Below are positions 26,278 through 38,130 of a stretch of 64,000 nucleotides of DNA, piece after piece (positions within the stretch are counted from its first letter, which is position 1; the number at the start of each line of letters is the position of its first letter). The position numbers and the translations under genes are program-made. The notes beneath the pieces are model-generated. The model was given only the letters and a program-made list of their open reading frames with translations. It was not told the origin of the DNA and did no database searches. The DNA is from Podarcis erhardii (taxonomy: Eukaryota). The stretch lies in assembly GCA_964252035.1 (NCBI GenBank), contig OZ176213.1; one strand, 5' to 3'.

Positions 26278-29200
26278 TATTGAATGAACCTGCTCCAAGA
26301 AGAGTTGGAAGCCAAGTGAGGCCCTTTAAGCCTCTGCTTCCCAGCCACTGCCTCCAGGCTCCTCCCACTTGTGAGAAACTTGAAAAGACCAGCGTTCTGA
26401 CTTGGTGTGCTCACTGTGCCATTGGGCTGGCAACTTACTGTGAAAGGCACCTGGTTCCTCAGGGGAAGGGTCTGTGAGGTTCCTGCCCTGGTGCTGTGGC
26501 GTCTTGTTCAGTTAGCTCCTGCCTGCCAGCCAGCCTCAAGTTCAGGGGTCCCCTAATCACCCATATCCATCTCGGAGCCAAGAACCTGTCGAAAGGGGGG
26601 GTTATTGTTTTGTTGTTTTGGTTTAATTATTTACTTGTGTTTTATTTATTGTTTTAATTCTGTGAACTGCCCTGAGATCTTTTGATGGACAGTATATAAA
26701 TTTAACTACTACTTCTTCTTCTTCTTCTTCACCTAGTCCAGCTTCCTAGCCAGTGACTGTGTATGTCCTAGTCTCTGCTGGGCTTTGAGGTCATGACACT
26801 TGTTTGTCTCGCACCCCAGGAAGTGTCCACACAGGACCCACACAGGGTTATATATATGGATATGTATGTATTTTTAACAATACATATATACCACTCAACT
26901 GTAATAAAACCTAAGCACTTTACCAGAAAATCAAAATAATATATGGTCTCTATAGGAACTGAGAAGATACAGAAATATTGCTGTTAAGGGCCATTTGCAC
27001 CTAGTATAAAATCAGCTTAAAAGAGTTATCTTGGTGACTAAACAATTAGCAGCTCCAGGTCAACTTTGCTAGCTGAGGAACATGGGTTAGTTCAGTCAGT
27101 TGGTCCAGAGCAGTTTCCAGCTGACGGCTTCAGGCTCGTGTTTCTCAAATAACCTCCCTGCCCCTCCATGTTACATAGTGAACTGCTTTTGGATTTAAGG
27201 GGAACCCCCAATACCCCTGCTGATTCTTGGCCATTCGGTACAAGTGGCCATAAATTACTCTTGGCATGCAGTTTATACCCACTTCTGAAATGTACGTGTG
27301 TTATATATTTAAGATGACTGGAATACATAATGACCCTTAAACTTTCAGGAAATGTGATCTGCTGTATTCTCCTTTGAAACACAATAGGATTGGCCTTGTA
27401 CCTCTTGCTTTAATTATCTCTTTCACTCTATACAAGGATGATGTTTAAAAGAGCTAGGGGGGTGACATTATAAAGGCCGAGAACTTTGTTGTTAAGCGCG
27501 ATGAAACAAATGCCGATAACTGAAACCTCAGTTGATAGGTATCTGCATTTTTTCAGCATCCCCTTTTAAACAGTAATGACTAGTGGGAGAATCTTAACCT
27601 AAACAAGTGCTTAGCCTGACATCTTACCTGGGTCAATGGTCTAAGGTATCGAAGTTAAACTGTGTTACTGTAAATTAATGGAAAATGTAACTGCGCTTTG
27701 CTGAAAGATCAATGTCCAATAAAGGCCACACAATCAAATCTTGTTGCAATGATTGAGGTCCTTAATTGCCTTTCAAAGATAAGGTGGTAATCAACATAGG
27801 TTAAACTGATCTTTTTTACTAGTTCAATTACATGCTAATGGCTTGTGCCAAGGCAGAATCTTTAACTACTTATATGTATTAAATCTTATGTTAGTAATGA
27901 AAAATTACTTAAGCTGCCCAATCAATAAAGTGAGAGTCTTAATTACTATATTTCACTTTTAGACCTTTTGTGTGTTTGACAAATTTGGTCCACTAGAGAT
28001 TTCCCAACAATAAGAAACATTATTAACAGAAGCTCTGTTCCGTGGAGTATTGTTTGCTAATCCAAATGGCTGGGATTTCTTGGGTGTTTTGTGTATTTGT
28101 GTTAATGTCCTGCTTGCATTAATGTCTACTAATGTCAATATGTAATGGTCTTAAGCATCTATGTTTGTATAAAGATCGATTTCTCAGATCTGATGGGAAT
28201 TTATTTTAATTCCAGAACTAAACCTAGCTTTAACCTGTACATTTTAAATTAAAAGCAATGAAAAAACAAAACTGACAGAAGTCATGGAGAGTTGCTTCAT
28301 TTTGGCTCTTAGAAATGTGCGTAGATACACCATAGACTTGGAAACCCATTTGTCTTGGTGGTGTTTTTTTTGAGCCCAATAATGTAAATGGGACCGTAGA
28401 ACTTACCTGCCAGCTCAGCTGAGATATCAGCAAGTTTTGGCTCCTACTCTCCTTGAACTCAGTATTTTAGCTAGTCATTGCAGGAACTTTGTAACTCAGA
28501 TTCATCGTGTTTGTGCTTGCTTTTCCCCTCATCCTCCTCTTCCCTTCTCCTTTTGTGTCATATCTTTCAGACTGTAATCCTTAAGGTTGGCTTTATCTTA
28601 TTGATATTTGTAAGCTGCTTTGGGAGTCTTCTTTTGACTGGCATGCAGGGTTAAAATCCTTTAAATAAATAAGCCAACATGTAAACTAGTGAAGCTGTTC
28701 ATTTAGATATTTAAGGATTAGTGCTAAGGTACAATAAACAGCACGATCAGCAAAAAAAGGAAAGAAATCCAGTGACTTTCACCTTTCAAAATAGTCTTGT
28801 AAAATGGTATTTTAGGTTCTATTTGCTGAAAAACTCTTAATTGTACACAGAAAGTAAACTAATGCCTATTGTCATTCATGATTAATTGACCCATTCAAAT
28901 TGTTTGGAGTTGTTGACCTTGCAAAACCTGGTATTTTGTAACGTTAAAAAAATCTTCCATGAACAGTTTGGAAGAACACAGTAAAGCTACTTACATAGAT
29001 TAAATTAATGTACAGGTAGCCAGGTACATCAACACCAAACCCTGAGTTGAAACTAGTCAGGAACATTTATCAGTGGAATATGCTTATGCTACATAGATTT
29101 GTGAAGCTTGATTATTTACATCACTTATTTGCTAAAATTCTAATGTTAAATACATGGTGCTATATTTTATAAAATAATTAAATTTAATTAAATAATATTA

Positions 29201-29367
29201 ATGCTAAGAAGTGGCTCTTGAGGAATTCTGAATAGGTCATGAATATCTGATGGCATGCATGTTCCATTGACAATGTACAGCTAAACAAAGATGAGGTGAG
29301 AAGCATTTGCTATTTAAAATGGAAATGTGGATTGACACTCATATACAATGCTAAGTAAGGGATAGTA

Positions 29368-29613
29368 CAGGGGTTGGGCCGGTTCATGGTCCTGCAGATG
29401 CCATGGTGGGCCGGAGTGTGTGTGTGTGTGCGCACACACACACATGCACAAACGCTATTTCTGGTGTGGAGGAGGCGTGAGCAACTTCCCATTGGCTGCA
29501 GGAGCTTCCTTCAGCCAATGGGAAGCCGGCCAGCGTTGCAGAAGGCGGTCCCTGAGCAGGCGACGGGGGTCCATGGGCAGGTTAAACTTATGGCCATAAG
29601 TTGCCGACCCCTG
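29368..29613. mobile_element. hAT non-autonomous element
   Basis: CAGGGGT...ACCCCTG ends; 8-bp TSD GGATAGTA/GGGTAGTA (7 of 8 match). Confidence 0.8.
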
Positions 29614-31132
29614 GGGTAGTATAACAGTCTTTCTGCTTTTAAAAAAAGCAAGGTAGCATGGACAAACAGCCAAGTAGGCTTACAACCGGGTGGGCTGCCT
29701 CCCTAAATTTTATCTGTAGCCTGCCCTAAATTTCCCTCTAAATAATTACATTTATGGTACATCCATAGCAACTGTCAATATTATATCAGTGTAAAGTTGA
29801 TCTTGTTCTTTTAAGTTATCATAACAACTTTACTGGAGCCCTGGATTTGAATGAACTTATACTACATTTTGCAGCATTGAAGAAAATGTTTGTTATAAAC
29901 TATGATTTCTAAACTAACTTTTGCTATAAACTATACTCCAGTTGTAGCTTATTCTTGTTTCCTCTACTGGTGAGTTATTTTAATCTTTTTTGCTAATTGG
30001 TAGAAAGAAAGGTAACAATTGTTGAAGTTGCTTAGTGAATTTGTTTGAATGTTTAACTTCCAGTAAGGCTGCAAAAAATAAGGGTTAACTAAAAGCAGTT
30101 TATGAACCTACCTTAAAAAGGCCCGCAGACCAGATAATCTACTTCCCTACTTTTTTTGTCATTGTTCCCCCTACCCACAAACCTATAGGCTGTCTATAGG
30201 CCTTAGATTTGCTTTAATGATGCTTTCACCATTTCAAGCACAGTTTATGAGCTCTGGACTGGTTCATTACAAAACTTTTCTTCCAATTATACTAGTACTA
30301 CTAATTGAACCCAAGTGCAAAACGTGATATAAAGCACTTGTTAACACAAATGCCTGGCTTGCCTGCTATTCTGCCCCCTCCAAAGCTTTCATTAAAAAAA
30401 ATATAGCACTTTTAAAGAAAAGAACATATAAAGTTTCTGTTTTGGGGGGTGGGAGGAACAGGTAGAATTATGAACACTATAAAAACAACGTGCCTTAGTT
30501 AACCCGAATGCATAAATCTATTTGAATTCCTCTTCTTTGAAGAACTGACATTAAGATATGGTCATTATATGCCTTGTGATTCATGGGCCTTGTTACATAT
30601 ATGCTTTGTAATGTATGAATAATTTAGTAAGAAAAATCACAATAATTTTGTTGTTACTCAAAAATTTATAGCTTGGCAAAAACAATTACAGAGCCCCTGA
30701 AGCTGGTGGAAGGAGGTTGAGTAACATTGTTAATGTGGCCCAATCTGTACCTTTCATGCTGAATGTGTTCTGTAATAATGTAGTACATATTGCACTTAAG
30801 CACCTTTTCATTTTGTTTCACGGGAAAAGGGCAAAATTGACAGCCTGTTGCAGTGAAAGGAATGGGATGCACACACCAGTCAATGTACAGATAAAATAAA
30901 TGATGTATTATTGGGTGGTAGCCCACTGTAACCAGGAGGGGGTTATAGTTAGAACAACCAAATATGGTCCAAAGTGACATTTGGAGGAAAAAATTGAGAA
31001 TCTGATTATTGTCTGAAATATCTTAACTGTTGTTAAGACTAACAAAAATTAAACAAATTGATGGTGCATTTGTGTATGCCAAAGGGGCCTTTTTTTCTAG
31101 TAATGCCCTCTACAGAACCATCTTACCTTTGA

Positions 31133-31298
31133 GGCTGCGTACACACCATATTATTTAAAGCACATTACTTCTTCTGAGAATATTGGGAACTGTAGTTTGC
31201 TAAGGGTGTTGGGAATTGTAGCTCTGAGGGGTAAACTACAGTCCCCAGAATTATTTGGAGAAAACAGATTGCTTTATACGTATGGTGTGCATACAACC
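31133..31298. mobile_element. PIF/Harbinger-like MITE
   Basis: Imperfect 18-bp TIR GGCTGCGTACACACCATA; 3-bp TSD TGA. Confidence 0.65.
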
Positions 31299-31725
31299 TG
31301 AGTTATAGCAGGCAGAAACATTAATACTCTCCCAGGCCATTTCTGACAATTAATGGTCAGTCTATTCTTGATCTGTTTGCTTTGGATCCACTGTTCTTAT
31401 GATTATTATTTAGGTGTTGGCTTTACTGTGATTTTTATATTGTGCTGTACACTGCTTTGTGATTTTAAGTGAAAAGCAGTATTGAGATATATTTCTAATA
31501 AATGTGTTCTCCCTGCACTACTGTACATATTTGATCTGCTTGTTATTTGTGGAGAGGGGAAGGACTTCAGTCTTGCTCTTGGTACTGATCTGTTTTGTCA
31601 CCTTGGTTGGGTTCCATAGAGCTATTTCAAGAGCACGCTCAGGATTGGATGGATATTTACAGTTGGGGTGGGGGGCTTTTGAACTACAGACCCCAGTGCC
31701 ATAACTACTTGAGTATCCCCTACAT

Positions 31726-31861
31726 CAGTGTTTCCCAACCTTGGGCCTCCAGCTGTTTTTGAACTACAACTCCCATCATCCCTGACTAGCAAGACCAGTG
31801 GCAAGGGATGATGGGAATTGTAGTCCAAAAACAGCTGGAGGCCCAAGGTTGGGAAACACTG
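31726..31861. mobile_element. hAT palindromic MITE
   Basis: TIR CAGTGTTTCCCAACCTTGGGCCTCCAGCTGTTTTT; perfect 8-bp TSD CCCTACAT. Degenerate relatives near 10860, 15710, 18245, 23945, 48500, 54050 and 59305. Confidence 0.9.
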
Positions 31862-31879
31862 CCCTACATGCAAAGACAG

Positions 31880-32490
31880 GCTTTGGTGGATTGAGCAGAC
31901 AAGACCAATAGTGGATCCAACGTCAAGAATGTGGTTTCTGCATGTTCTGTTGAGTGAAATGAGGGACAGATGGGGCTCATCAACCTGGGAAGGTAGCCCA
32001 TCTAGGAGAAGGAAAACTCCTGATCCTAAACCTCTACTGCCTTGTGGCTATACTCATTTGTGAGAAAGGATTTGGGAGTAAACCCTGAAGAACCATCTGT
32101 ACCCACTGCCTTTTGGTACATCTTCGGGAGAAGAAAAGGCTAAGTAGTAAATCCTACACAAATCAAGAGTGGAGTCCCTAAGGCAGCTGGATGGCGTCTT
32201 GTATGCCTCCTTCTGGCAACTCCTGCAGCCCAACTGGTGCCAAGTGTATTGCTCTGCTTTCCTTTGGACCACATCAGCGAGGCCAAGAGGGGGATATTGT
32301 CTGGGCAACCCAGCCTCGATACACACTCCCTAGGCTAAAGCAGCAAAAACAACACAGGAGGCGTTATAAAGTTATAAACTCAGAAGTTGTGAGCTCAACC
32401 AGATTGGCATACAGCCTAACAGTTTAACTTCACCCTCAAAGGCACACTCCTCCATTGTCTCGGGGGACAGATGGATGCCAACAAGTGCCA
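31880..32490 (+). mobile_element. Repeat resembling an RTE-clade LINE 5' region; related fragment at about 40095-40250
   Basis: The two loci share GTCTGGGCA.CCCAG, ACTTCACCC...AGGCACACTC and GACAGA...GATGCCAACA; family call from memory. Confidence 0.4.
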
Positions 32491-35005
32491 TATTTCTGAC
32501 ACAAACGGCTTCAAACTTTTATCAGTTTTCAAAAGAAACTTGCCATTGTTGCCAAGTGGAGTAGGAAACTGCTATTTGAGAAATACAGTATGCCTTGGCC
32601 ATGCAGAATGATTTGCACATATTTTTGGCTCCAGGGCTGTTTTGGGGGTTGATAAAAGAATGTATGCACACACTTCTGACATATTTGAATTTGCCTCCCT
32701 GAGTCATTTCAGGCTTCCCCAACCTGGGGTCTCCAGACATTTTTGTGCTGGGAGTGCTTTCAAAGTTCTGTCTGTGTCATTTGATCCATATTTATTCATT
32801 CTCACATGCAAAGCACCACTTGATGCTGCAGTAATCAAGCATACTAGCCCCGTGACTCTATGATAGCATATATTGGTAAAGCTTGGAACATACAAGTGAC
32901 ATTTGGGAAATTGTAAGTTGGAGTCTGGTAGAATTAATTCATGCTTCTCATCTGTTTAACCTTTGCACTACGCAAACTCCTTTGGTACTGTGCTTTGAAT
33001 AAATTAATCAATAAATGTCTTAAGGGGTAACTCATTGACATTAAGTGATCTTGAGTATGCAATCTAAGTCAATGTCAGAGTCATTGTTTTATAGGACTAG
33101 AATATTTTTTTCTAAGCTCTGTAGCTGGTTTGTTTGTTCCTGTATTCTCCATAGAATTGAAAACACTGCTGCTTTGCAAATATCTGAGGTGCTTTAGAAG
33201 GAAAAATATTAAAAAGCTGAAGTTTGATTACTGCTGTCTCAATGCAAACTGGAATAAGGAACTGCGGCAGAGAATAGCCATGTTGAAAAGCTACATAATA
33301 TTTATGCAAATCTGGTAAGTTGAATTGGTTTTCCCTATAGGTTTATGAATGAATATATATATATATTAGGGTGGGACTGTAAGGCCATAGAAAAGCTGTG
33401 ATTTCATAGCCTATTCTTTACAACTTAATAGAAAATGAATTTTCATTGAATGGTACATAGGGACTTCTGGCAGAAGGTTCATTTCAACAGCACTGAAAGT
33501 CCATGTGGACAGTAACTATTCCTGGAATATTCTCAAGATGAGACTATTAAGGGTTTTCGGGGTTTTTTTGGTACCAGTTTAAATTATAAAGTTATTGAAC
33601 AGAAAGATAATTTATCTTTGCTAATGGCCATTCAAGGATTAAACTTAAAAAAGCCCTAAACCATCTAGAATTTTAATGAGTGGGAGCCAAAGACTTTCAT
33701 GAATTATATCAAATATTGCTAGCAGGGCTCTTCTTTATTTTTCTTCTTTTTTGGGGGGGGAATGTAATGAATTTGAATCAAATTATGAAGTTCGCCAATT
33801 ACCTTGAATGATAAAGTCTACAGCCTATTCACACATGGTATTGTACTGTATGAGCATCTCTGTTTATTTTGCAGGAGCTGACACGCCCCCCCCCCTTTGT
33901 AACAAGTGCAAGGCATTATACCTACCACATGGTGTTTGCACTCAGTATGTGCTAATCAGAGGATTACTGCTACTGAACATGGAGGTTCTGTCCAATTATC
34001 ATGGCTAATAACCATCTAGACTTGTGACCATAAATTTACCTTGTGGCAATGAGTACCCAAAGTTAATTCTCCATCGTGTGAAACAGCATTTTCCTTTGGA
34101 AATGAACTTAATAGTCAATGTATTTAATTGGATGAATGCTAGTATTAGGGCACTGGGATGGATGGATCACTTACTCTACTGTTCATTTCCTTATGATTTT
34201 TTAATCTGTCCTAGAGATGTGTTGGGCAAGGGGAGAGAGGGTTGCATGAGAAATCTGGGATAGGTGCAGCAGAAGAAAGGGATTCTTGGGCACCTGTAAA
34301 GGTTTCAATGAGCAGAATTCACAGCAAGTCTAAAGGCTTAATCCTGGATAGAATCAAGAGCATATCTTAAAACAACCACCAAACCAGTGCATAATAAGAT
34401 AATTTGTTTTGCTTTCTTGCTACTTCTGACTTGGCAGAGCCATAAGGAACATGGATTTTGGCTACCAATATCCAGAAGCTATTTTGGATGGGATGGGAAT
34501 AAACTCCAGAGAAGATGGAGGCTCTGTGGGTCAGGGGATCTACTAATCCAGGTGTGTTAGACAGGGTTGTCATTCCCATGAAGCAATAGGTCTGCAGCTT
34601 GGGGTTGCTCTGGCTTGGGGAGACTCCTAAAATGGGGTGGGGAGACAAATGCTAAGAATTAAGGAACCTTTGAGCATATGAAATCCACCTACAAAAAGCA
34701 GCCACCACTTCTGGTACGCCCCCAAACATTCTTTTTGAGAAACATTTATCCTTTAGAGGGGCTAGCTTCTTCGTTGTTGATAGCAGTTAGAATCTATTGT
34801 TGGTCTACTGCAACTCAGCCAGAGATCTACCAATAGATCCCACTGTACCTTCTGCCCACCCCTGTCTTAGACCCACTAAGTATGCAGGTAGGGGGCAACT
34901 TAGTAACTTCATCTGGCATGTCAGCTGCACCCTTTTCTGGAGCAAGTGCACCTGGCCCCAGCCCTTCATGCTCAACACTAGCCATTGAAGAAGTCTGCAA
35001 AATAC

Positions 35006-35620
35006 TGTAACACGCCACCCCAATCTCCACGAGCGACGCAACATTACAGGGGTTGCAGCATGTGGAGTTCAGTCTGTGTTCCCTTTTGGGACAAGGAGGC
35101 ACACCAAGAGACTGTGGTGTCTTTTTGAAATATGGTTTTATTTGCACATGTATAGATGGAGGGATTGCATTCACATTCTTGGAGCGTCTGGCTTAAGGGC
35201 AGCATTGGATTCATAAGACAGCAAAAAGCCACCTTCAGTGTTTCTTAGTTCCAGCCTGTCATCCCCCGCTCACATGGATTTCTGCCCCTAATCCTCCTTC
35301 TCCTTGCTAATTTAATAATCCTAGCCTATGTCATTCAAAGTAATAATCCTAGCCTATGTCATTCAAAGTTGAAACCCTGAACCTGCCCTTTGCCTCTTCC
35401 CACTAGCACTCAGCAAAGAAGGGGCAGCAACTCCCCTTGCATGGCTGTCTTGGCCTCCTTGAAGGGCCATGTGTATTTAGCCAGCTCTAAATCCAGGGGG
35501 TTTCTGTGTTTGGCAAAGTTTAATCCAACCTTTATTAATTCTAACATTTACTATATCCAGGAATTTAGGGAAATCTGGCCCCCCACCAATCCAAATTAAT
35601 AACAGAATTAGAATGTGTCA
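35006..35620 (-). mobile_element. Possible solo LTR
   Basis: TG...CA ends and minus-strand AATAAA upstream of a GTGTTACA end; no TSD found. Confidence 0.3.
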
Positions 35621-35637
35621 GCTGCGATTTGTCTGGG

Positions 35638-35639
<2 letters not shown>

Positions 35640-35678
<39 letters not shown>

Positions 35679-35890
35679 TTTATTATTTATACCCCCCCCC
35701 CAATCTGGCTGGGTTTCCAGATAGGCTTACAACCTATCTAAAAACATAATAAAGACATCAATCCTTAAAAATTTCCCTAAACAGGGTTGCCTTCAGATAT
35801 CTTATAGAAGTCTGATTGTTGTTTCTTTTCTTGACACCTGAAGGGAGGGCGTTGAACAGGGCGGGCCCCACTACTGAGAAGGCCCTCAAA
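35640..35890 (-). mobile_element. L2 3' end with an (AAT)n tail
   Basis: (AAT)n at about 35639-35676 followed by GGAGGGCGTTGAACAGGGCGGGCCCCACTACTGAGAAGGCCCT. Confidence 0.6.
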
Positions 35891-36749
35891 AGATCAAACC
35901 ACATTGTGCACCGCCCAATTCTTTGGGGAAAGTACCAGGATTCTTTGGGGAAAGCAGTGCACTTTAAATGTAAGGGACATATAAAATACATGATGTGTGT
36001 GAGGGAGATGCTGTAAAGGTGCCAGAACTCCCCCAGGCTCAGAGATCTGCCCTAGATCTCCCCTTTACCACTGAGAATCTCCTTGGTGTTTTACTACTTG
36101 GTGGGGGGAGGGTGTTGGAAAAGGGAGAGGGCTTTTGCTTTGGCAGCACATAGTATATTTTATAGTGGCTGCTCTAGAAGCTGGTCTGCGCCCACTGCTG
36201 ACTGTTTTTCAAGGGGGAAGGGAAGAAAATTAACATTTCAAAGCTTTTTAATGTTTTGGCTTTTTTCAATACTCTCAATCTTCAGCCAAATCAGGCTTCT
36301 ACAGCTTACAAATGTCAATGATATGCGAGTCCCTGCTCTCAACTTTAGTTCCAAAGACACAACACAAAAGGAAAGAGAATGTGGAGGGGAGGAGGAAAAA
36401 CACAAACACAGCTACACATTATACAGTACCTGTAAAAGGACATTCAAACATATTCTTTCCCTTTCAAATAAATTCGGGGTGCTGCAGTTTGTTAAGGGTT
36501 GCTGGGAATTGCAACCGTGAGGGGGTAAATTCCGGTGCCCAGAATGCCTGGAGGGAAAGGTATGTGTTTGGAATGCTCTTTAAAGGCTTGGTGTGTACAC
36601 AACACATACCGGTACATTACTTACAGAGTTCTTGGAATGACCTGCTGTGAAAGAAAGACTTTCAGGAAGAGGAGAAGCTGAAAGCTGCTGGTCCTTTCGG
36701 TGGAGCTGATATATGCAACCTACCTAGCACGCGCACACAAATAGTGGTG

Positions 36750-36935
36750 AAAACAAAACAAATTCCTTCCAGTAGCACCTTAAAGACCAACTAAGTCAGA
36801 GCTTTCGTGTGCATGCACACTTCTTCAGATACACACACGAAAGCTCTGACTTAGTTGGTCTTTAAGGTGCTACTGGAAGGAATTTGTTTTGTTTTGACTA
36901 TGGCAGACCAACACGGCTACCTATCTGTAACTGGA
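36750..36935 (+). mobile_element. Penelope-like non-autonomous insertion, copy 1, with a perfect 62-bp inverted repeat
   Basis: Arms 36750-36811 and 36834-36895; 13-bp TSD ACAAATAGTGGTG at 36737-36749 and 36936-36948; CACGAAAGCT, TTTAAGGTGC and ACCAACACGGCTA motifs resemble remembered reptile Penelope terminal repeats. Confidence 0.8.
36799..36832 (-). ncRNA. Hammerhead core lacking the 3' strand of stem I
   Basis: Minus strand GTAT-CTGAAGA-A-GTGTG(CATG)CACAC-GAA-AGCT-C followed by TGAC instead of ATAC. Confidence 0.55.
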
Positions 36936-37049
36936 ACAAATAGTGGTGGTTTTCATTGTGGGTTTCTGCACACAATGCAGGCACGCAATGCAGAAATACG
37001 GGAAAAGAGACTTCAAAAAATAAATAAGTCTGTATTTGAGCGATTAGGA

Positions 37050-38130
37050 AATATCCGCCGTGTATGCTGGGGGGGGGGGGAGAGAGACGCGGCCTGGGTG
37101 ACGTTTAGCAAAGGCGGCCTAACTGGGGTGAGCAGCGGGCGGCGGGGGGGGGGGAAAGAAAGAGTCATTCCGCGGGGCATCGGAGCCTCCAACCCTTGAA
37201 GGGAAAAGGGGCTGCTGTGGCGCCGGCGGGGGCGAGGCCCGGCTTAGGAGGCCGACCCCGTTGCGGCGAAGGGGCCTTCCTGCCCGGCTGCCCCGTTCCC
37301 CGGCGCAGCGGCGGCTGCACCATCGCCGGCGCCTCCCCTCAGCTTTCCCAGCCTTCCTCTCCGCGACGAAGGCGCCCGCCTGGGCCTAGCCGCGCCTGGG
37401 GGGGGGGGGGGGATCCCGCCCGGCTCCTTCTTCCTGCCTTCCTCTCAGGCCCGCCTCGGCCTAGTCCGGGCAAGCCATGTGAGCGAGCCTCCCTCGCCCG
37501 CTCCGTCTCCCTCGGCCCCGGCGGCTGCTCCGGGGATGCTCTTACTGGCCGTGGGCGACGCCGACGCCGCCTCAGCCGCCGGCCCGAGCCCCGCCATGGA
37601 GCCCCCCAACCCGGCGCTGGTCATCCGCATCCGCGTCCCGGACGGCGGCGCCGTGGACTGGACGGTCCACCCGGCGCCTCAGCTGCTCTTCAGGGACGTC
37701 CTGGTGAGTGAGAGAGGAGGAAGCTGGGGCGGGGGGTGGGGGGTGTCACTCGGGGCACCCCTCCCCATTCGCTCGGGCGTGAGGTGCCAGGGAAATATGG
37801 GTGGGTGGGTGCCCCGGGTGCGCTGTCTATTGCGCTATCCCGGGGGCATTTGGCGGAGTAGCGGCGGCTTCTCCCCTGCCACTTACCCCGCATTTCCACC
37901 GCCTTCCGTTGGGGGGCTTCGGTTTCGAAACGCCGCAACTACCCCCATTGGAGATGTGGGGTTGGGTTGAGGACCGGATGTCTTCTTGCTTGTTCCGTGG
38001 GGTTTGTTTGGCGTGCCTTCTCCCCCCAGCCCACAACCTACACTCCGGATTAACAGGTGGTTATCTCCATCCCACTCTACCCCGCAGCTGCTGCGAAGTA
38101 GAACCCGGCTCCCCCGCTTTTCACTTGCAG
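37050..38130. promoter_or_regulatory. MAP2K5 CpG island: promoter, 5' UTR, exon 1 and start of intron 1
   Basis: Very high GC and CpG content, G-runs, TGACG half-CRE near 37099. Confidence 0.85.
37536..37703 (+). CDS. MAP2K5: MAP2K5 (MEK5) exon 1, MLLLAVG...PAMEPPNPALVIRIRVPDGGAVDWTVHPAPQLLFRDVL, start of PB1 domain
   Basis: ATG at 37536, CTG|gtgagt donor; resembles human LVIRIKIPNSGAVDWTVHSGPQLLFRDVL. Confidence 0.95.

Noticed and set aside
27092-27382. 96-aa minus-strand ORF
   Set aside because: No ATG at the listed start, no recognisable homology and no convincing exon context.
25042-28407. Possible hidden minus-strand gene: splice-site pairs at 25096-25042, 25652-25496 and 27667-27628, and a strong donor at 28407
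   Set aside because: The 40-nt and 157-nt candidates have stops in all three frames and the phases do not chain. Such sites are frequent in AT-rich DNA. A lncRNA cannot be excluded without RNA data.
28407-28445. Minus-strand peptide EPKLADISAELA resembling an IQCH segment
   Set aside because: Only 12 residues, preceded by a stop, with no flanking similarity; chance match.
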